A DNA stretch of 64,000 nucleotides from Bdellovibrionales bacterium (lineage in GTDB: Bacteria > Bdellovibrionota > Bdellovibrionia > Bdellovibrionales > JAGQZY01), in contig JAIEOS010000110.1 of assembly GCA_019750295.1 (NCBI GenBank), positions 11,239 to 75,238 of the forward strand. The letters run 5' to 3'. A program made the translations under genes and the position numbers. Positions 59,567 to 64,000 of the stretch are shown here, in pieces. The notes under the pieces were generated by a model. That model saw only the letters and a list, made by a program, of their open reading frames with translations. It had not been told where the DNA came from and did no database searches. Within the stretch, counting starts at the first letter, position 1. Each line of letters begins with the position of its first letter.

Positions 59567-60353
59567 TCCAATTAAACCAAAACCCCCAATGGGTCGACCA
59601 GCTCCATCATTTAGCAAGCCAGGCGGACCACCAAAACCCGGTGGCAATAAATTCGGAGGCCCCAGCAGTGGTGGGAATAAGTTCGGCGGTGGCGGCGGAG
59701 GCAAAGATCGTTTTAATCGCGGCCCGAATAAAGGCGACAAAGATGCGTTCAATGTGAACGAAAACATTCGAGCGCGCGAAGTTCGAGTGATTGGTCCTGA
59801 CGGAAAAATGTTGGGTGTGTATCCGACCTCTCAAGCTTTATCTCTTGCTCGCGATTTTCAACTCGATCTGATTGAAGTGGCTCCCGATGCCTCTCCTCCG
59901 ACTTGCAAAATTATGGATTACGGCAAGTACAAGTACGAAGCTAAGAAAAAAGCTCATTCCAACAAAAAGAAACAGGTGATTATTTCTGTTAAGGAATTGC
60001 AAATTCGCCCCCGCACCGACGAGCACGATCTCGAAGTGAAGATCCGTCATGCCCGCCGTTTCCTCCTCGAAGGAGACAAAGTGAAAGTGAGCATGCGATT
60101 CCAAGGTCGCGAGATGGCCAATCAGGAAATGGGTCGAAAGACCATGGCGCGCTTCACGGCCGCGATGATGGATTTGGCTTTGGTCGAGTCGGAGCCGAAG
60201 AGTGAAGGTCGTCAGTTATTTATGATCGTCGCTCCGGACCCCGTAAAGATCAAAGAATACAAGGCCAAGCATCCGAACGAAAAGCCTGGAAAGGCCCCGT
60301 TGCCGGAAGAGCTGTTAGATAACACTCCCGACGAGGATGATGACGCAGATTAA
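59562..60353 (+). CDS. infC: Translation initiation factor IF-3 (probable ATT start)
   Basis: NENIRAREVRVI, CKIMDYGKYKYE and GDKVKV..RF.GRE; in-frame ATT 7 nt after AGGAG. Confidence 0.95.
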   Translation: MNPIKPKPPMGRPAPSFSKPGGPPKPGGNKFGGPSSGGNKFGGGGGGKDRFNRGPNKGDKDAFNVNENIRAREVRVIGPDGKMLGVYPTSQALSLARDFQLDLIEVAPDASPPTCKIMDYGKYKYEAKKKAHSNKKKQVIISVKELQIRPRTDEHDLEVKIRHARRFLLEGDKVKVSMRFQGREMANQEMGRKTMARFTAAMMDLALVESEPKSEGRQLFMIVAPDPVKIKEYKAKHPNEKPGKAPLPEELLDNTPDEDDDAD

Positions 60354-60434
60354 GATCGAGGGCAAACCTATCGCCCTTGCCAGAAGACTTGTTTCAAATT
60401 GGAGCGTTGGAACTCCATCATTTTCCTCAATGTC

Positions 60435-60461
60435 TTAAGTTTCGGGGTATTCCGCCGATAA
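60435..60461 (+). promoter_or_regulatory. Putative sigma-28 (FliA) promoter
   Basis: TTAAGTTT-N11-GCCGATAA versus consensus TAAAGTTT-N11-GCCGATAA. Confidence 0.65.
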
Positions 60462-60468
60462 TAACTAT

Positions 60469-63400
60469 GTGAAGTTCAATAGTTATTACAAATTGTTAAG
60501 CCCAATAAAGTTCAGGGTTAGGCCTACATATTTTGAGGTCTTCCTTTTTCTTTATGCGCTACTTTTTTTAGGAACTCCACGCGCTCAGGCGCAAGCCGTG
60601 CCCAACTCATTTGTTTATCAAGGGCAAATCACAAAAGCGGGGGGAGCACCTCTCGAAGCGAACCCAGTAATTTTTAACGTCCGTATCTTTTCGGCAGTGA
60701 ACGACTGCTTACTTTACGAAGAACAGCATTCGATCAACATGCTCGGAAGCGAGGGTATGTTCTCGTTAAATGTGGGTGCAGGAATTCGTTCCGGCAGCGA
60801 TTACGAAGATGTTTCTAATATTTCGACTATTTTTCAAAATGGAATCACTTTCACCGGTATTACTAACTGTGCTTCAGGCACAAGTTATAACGCTTTAACG
60901 GGGCACACTCGTAAAGTGCGTGTGAGTTATAACGACGGAAGTGGTTTAGTCACTCTCGCTCAGGATTTTCATTTGCAGACCGTTCCCTATGCCTGGTACG
61001 CAAATAGCCTTCAGGGCTTAAACGCTTCGAACTTTGTTCAAGTGAACGTCGGTCAAAATTTAACTCAAGCGAATTTAGAAAGTCTCCTGAGTGGAACCAA
61101 CTACAATACACTTTACAATTTAGCCTCTGGAACCTCGACAACCCCGTTGTCGATGAACAACCAGCAGATTAAAAACTTAGCCGATCCCACATTAGCTCAA
61201 GATGCTGCAACCAAAAATTACACCGATACACGCGTCGGGGGAAGTCTGGTGAATCTCTCGGGTGTAGGTGCGGGAGTGGGCGACGGACGAGTGCTCGCGT
61301 GGAACGCCACGCTCAATCAGTGGGAAGCGATCACACCCTCGTCTATTGCTGATGCCACAAAACTGCCCCTCGCCGGTGGCACGATGGGTGGAAATATTAA
61401 CATGAGTGGCAACCAGATTTTGAATGCGGGTCATGTGACTCTGCAAAATCTCTCGACGATCACATTAGGAAAATTCACGACCGCTCAAGAAACCACCTTG
61501 GTCGGAACTCTGGGTGTGGGGAACAAAGGGGCGACCTGGTATAACAGCACGACAGATAAAATCATGTACTGGGACGGAGATAGTGCGGAGGCTGTGGGTT
61601 CAGGTGCGGGCACCGGCGATATTGAAGAAATCGCTACGGCCGCTGGTTCGGCTCTTTCGGGTGGGGTCACTTCGGGCGTTGCGGCGTTGGCCGTGGTGGT
61701 GGATGGAATCACGATTGAGGTGAATGGATCCAATCAGCTCCAGGCGAGAGATGCTGGAATAAGTTTAAGCAAGTTAGCTGCGGATTCGGTGAACAGTTCT
61801 AAGATTGTCGATGGAACAATCGTCAATGCGGACATCAATGCGGCGGCGGCGATAGCGTGGTCCAAGATCAACAAGACCGGAGCCACCGCGGCAGATGTGG
61901 GTGCCGTGGCACCGTCTCGCGCGATCAACACAAACTCAGGATCAGGATTGACCGGTGGTGGTGATCTTACGGCTGATAGAAACATTGCGATGAATGTCGA
62001 TAACTCCACGATCGAAATCGCCACAAACACGGTACAAGTCAGAGACGGTGGGATTACTAACGCCAAGATCGCGAGCATGAGTGTAGATAAAATCACAAGT
62101 GCCGCATTACAATACTTTAGCTACATGCCAGCGGGTACAGAGTGCTTGGCGGGCGAAGTTTTAAAGTGGAATTCTGTAGATGATCGTTGGATCTGCGGGA
62201 CAGATGCAGGTGGAGTCACTGTCCATAGTGGACTCTCGGGCCTTGGTGCGGATGATCACACACAATACGTGATGCTCGCAGGTCGTGCCGGTGGACAAAT
62301 TCTTCGCGGCGGTACTGCGGCCAGTAATAGCTTAACTTTAGAATCGACGAGCAACGCCACCAAGGGATCGGTGCTCATTCAGCCCAGCGGCGGTGCTGTG
62401 GGAATTGGGACGACAAACCCCTTGGGTCGACTTCATATTAATTCTGGAAGTGCGAATGTGACGGCGTTAATGACCTCCGGCTCAGGATTTAATGCAGGGT
62501 TTTCGTTTGGAGATGCCGGAGGCGGCACTCGATGGAAAATCGAAAAAAGCAATGTCGTCGAAGGTGGAGCTAATGCCGGCTCTGACTTGTACATAAGTAA
62601 TTGGGATGATACCGGTGCTTTTTTATCAATTCCATTTGTTATTAAAAGATCGAATGGGTACGTCGGTATACTTAATTCCAATCCCCAATCGCCGTTGGAT
62701 GTTGCCGGGACGATCCGCGCCAACGAAATCTGCGATGAGGCGGGCTCTAACTGTAAAGATTTATCGGGGGGCTGGGGAGCCGGTGGTGATATTGACGGAG
62801 TTGTGACCAACACAGGATCAGCACTGAGCGGAGGCACCCTGAGTGGAACAGCCACTCTAGCTGTGGTGACCGATGGAGCGACGATTGAGACTAACGGCTC
62901 CAATCAACTTCAAGTGAGAGACGGCGGCGTCAGTTTAAATAAACTCGCAGCCGATTCCGTAAATAGTTCGAAAGTCGTGGATGGTAGTATTGTGAATGCA
63001 GATATCAATGCCGCTGCGGCCATCGCCTGGAGCAAAATCAATAAGACAGGGGCTACGGCAGCCGACGTCGGTGCTGTGGGAACGGCTCGCGCGATCAATA
63101 CCAATGCAGGATCTGGATTAACTGGTGGTGGTGATCTCACTGCGGATAGAAACATCGCGATGAATGTCGACAATACGACTATCGAAATCGCTACGAACAC
63201 GGTTCAAGTGAAAGACGGCGGAATTACGAATTCAAAGATCGCGAGCATGAGTGTCGATAAAATCACAAGTGCCGCGTTACAGTACTTTAGCTACATGCCG
63301 GCAGGCGCAGAGTGTTTGGCGGGCGAGGTTTTAAAGTGGAACTCTGTCGATGATCGTTGGATCTGCGGAACAGATGCGGGTGGAGTGACAGCTCACAGTG

Positions 63401-64000
63401 CGCTCACAGGTTTAAGCGCAGATGATCATACTCAATATGTCATGCTCAGTGGACGTACCGGTGGACAAACTTTGATCGGTGGAACTGGAGCTGGAAATGA
63501 TCTCAATTTAGAGTCCACCTCTAACGTCACCAAGGGAAAAATTGTTCTTCAGCCGAATGGTGGTAATGTTGCCATCGGGACTAATACTGCCAATCTAAAA
63601 TTGACCGTCAATGGGGAAGTGCAAGTGGGCTCGACAGGGGCCGCATGTAACTCGACGAATGCCGGAGCAATTCAATACGTCTCTGGAAATCTTCAATACT
63701 GTAATGGAACTGCGTGGAGTGCCGTCGGTGGTGCGCCCGCCGGCACAGTGAGTGCATTTCCAACCGCAACGTGTCCCGCAGGTTGGCTTGAGGCCAACGG
63801 GAACGCGGTTTCTCGAAGCACATACGCAGGACTATTTAGTACTCTCGGAGTGACTTACGGTGCTGGTGATGGGTCGACCACTTTTAACCTTCCCGATTAT
63901 CGCGGCTATTTTTTACGAGGCTGGAGTCATGGAAGCACGGCGGATCCTGATCGGGCTTCGCGAACCAATCGCGGTGACGGAACGACGGGCGACTTCGTCG
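60469..64000 (+). CDS. Large secreted fibre protein with phage tail-collar domain, 3'-truncated by the window
   Basis: Frame 1: signal ending AQAQA, VPNSFVYQGQI, VPYA..A, VGIGT..P repeats, collar motif PAGWLEANG..VSR..YA.LF..LG..YG.GDGSTTFNLPDYRG.FLRG. No stop codon seen, so it is absent from the ORF track. Start approximate. Confidence 0.85.
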   Translation, partial: MKFNSYYKLLSPIKFRVRPTYFEVFLFLYALLFLGTPRAQAQAVPNSFVYQGQITKAGGAPLEANPVIFNVRIFSAVNDCLLYEEQHSINMLGSEGMFSLNVGAGIRSGSDYEDVSNISTIFQNGITFTGITNCASGTSYNALTGHTRKVRVSYNDGSGLVTLAQDFHLQTVPYAWYANSLQGLNASNFVQVNVGQNLTQANLESLLSGTNYNTLYNLASGTSTTPLSMNNQQIKNLADPTLAQDAATKNYTDTRVGGSLVNLSGVGAGVGDGRVLAWNATLNQWEAITPSSIADATKLPLAGGTMGGNINMSGNQILNAGHVTLQNLSTITLGKFTTAQETTLVGTLGVGNKGATWYNSTTDKIMYWDGDSAEAVGSGAGTGDIEEIATAAGSALSGGVTSGVAALAVVVDGITIEVNGSNQLQARDAGISLSKLAADSVNSSKIVDGTIVNADINAAAAIAWSKINKTGATAADVGAVAPSRAINTNSGSGLTGGGDLTADRNIAMNVDNSTIEIATNTVQVRDGGITNAKIASMSVDKITSAALQYFSYMPAGTECLAGEVLKWNSVDDRWICGTDAGGVTVHSGLSGLGADDHTQYVMLAGRAGGQILRGGTAASNSLTLESTSNATKGSVLIQPSGGAVGIGTTNPLGRLHINSGSANVTALMTSGSGFNAGFSFGDAGGGTRWKIEKSNVVEGGANAGSDLYISNWDDTGAFLSIPFVIKRSNGYVGILNSNPQSPLDVAGTIRANEICDEAGSNCKDLSGGWGAGGDIDGVVTNTGSALSGGTLSGTATLAVVTDGATIETNGSNQLQVRDGGVSLNKLAADSVNSSKVVDGSIVNADINAAAAIAWSKINKTGATAADVGAVGTARAINTNAGSGLTGGGDLTADRNIAMNVDNTTIEIATNTVQVKDGGITNSKIASMSVDKITSAALQYFSYMPAGAECLAGEVLKWNSVDDRWICGTDAGGVTAHSALTGLSADDHTQYVMLSGRTGGQTLIGGTGAGNDLNLESTSNVTKGKIVLQPNGGNVAIGTNTANLKLTVNGEVQVGSTGAACNSTNAGAIQYVSGNLQYCNGTAWSAVGGAPAGTVSAFPTATCPAGWLEANGNAVSRSTYAGLFSTLGVTYGAGDGSTTFNLPDYRGYFLRGWSHGSTADPDRASRTNRGDGTTGDFV
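61610..63590 (+). repeat. Intragenic direct duplication (about 800-bp unit, 1170-bp offset)
   Basis: GAT ATT anchor at 61618 and 62788; both copies encode DSVNSSK.VDG.IVNADINAAAAIAWSKINKTGA...WNSVDDRWICGTD...DDHTQYVML. Confidence 0.85.

Noticed and set aside
60950-63823. Short minus-strand ORFs with repeated sequence
   Set aside because: They are antisense shadows of the duplicated fibre gene on the plus strand.
60469-64000. Prophage tail region
   Set aside because: The protein has a Sec signal and no capsid, terminase, integrase or other tail genes occur in the window.
1-64000. CRISPR arrays, tRNA or rRNA genes
   Set aside because: No regularly spaced direct repeats, cloverleaf signatures or rRNA-like tracts were seen in the intergenic regions by eye.

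Overview
Chromosomal segment of a Bdellovibrionota-like (predatory) bacterium; the taxon is inferred from gene style and synteny. In order it carries: the 3' part of a giant Ig/NHL-repeat surface protein; rdgB-rph-amidase-ssb; a complete type II secretion (gsp) cluster broken up by cargo genes (lipoprotein, S1/P1 nuclease, a signal-peptide protein with a RelE-like C-terminus, a FecR/beta-barrel pair, and a REP-associated-type Y1 transposase inside 27-bp inverted repeats), with gspC divergent from gspD; system II cytochrome c maturation plus alternative complex III (actA-F); a tandem array of four pilin-fibre hybrid genes with a constant N-terminus and swapped C-terminal tips, one tip being a Hint (intein-like) domain; secreted IucA/IucC-like and prolyl oligopeptidase genes; thrS-infC; and the start of a large fibre protein with a phage tail-collar domain that the ORF track misses. 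Several intergenic long inverted repeats occur, including a perfect 96-bp palindrome. The best candidates for an undescribed system are the variable-tip pilin-fibre/Hint array, the transposase with its non-canonical repeat family, and secreted proteins with cytoplasmic-type folds. All family calls are by eye, without database searches.
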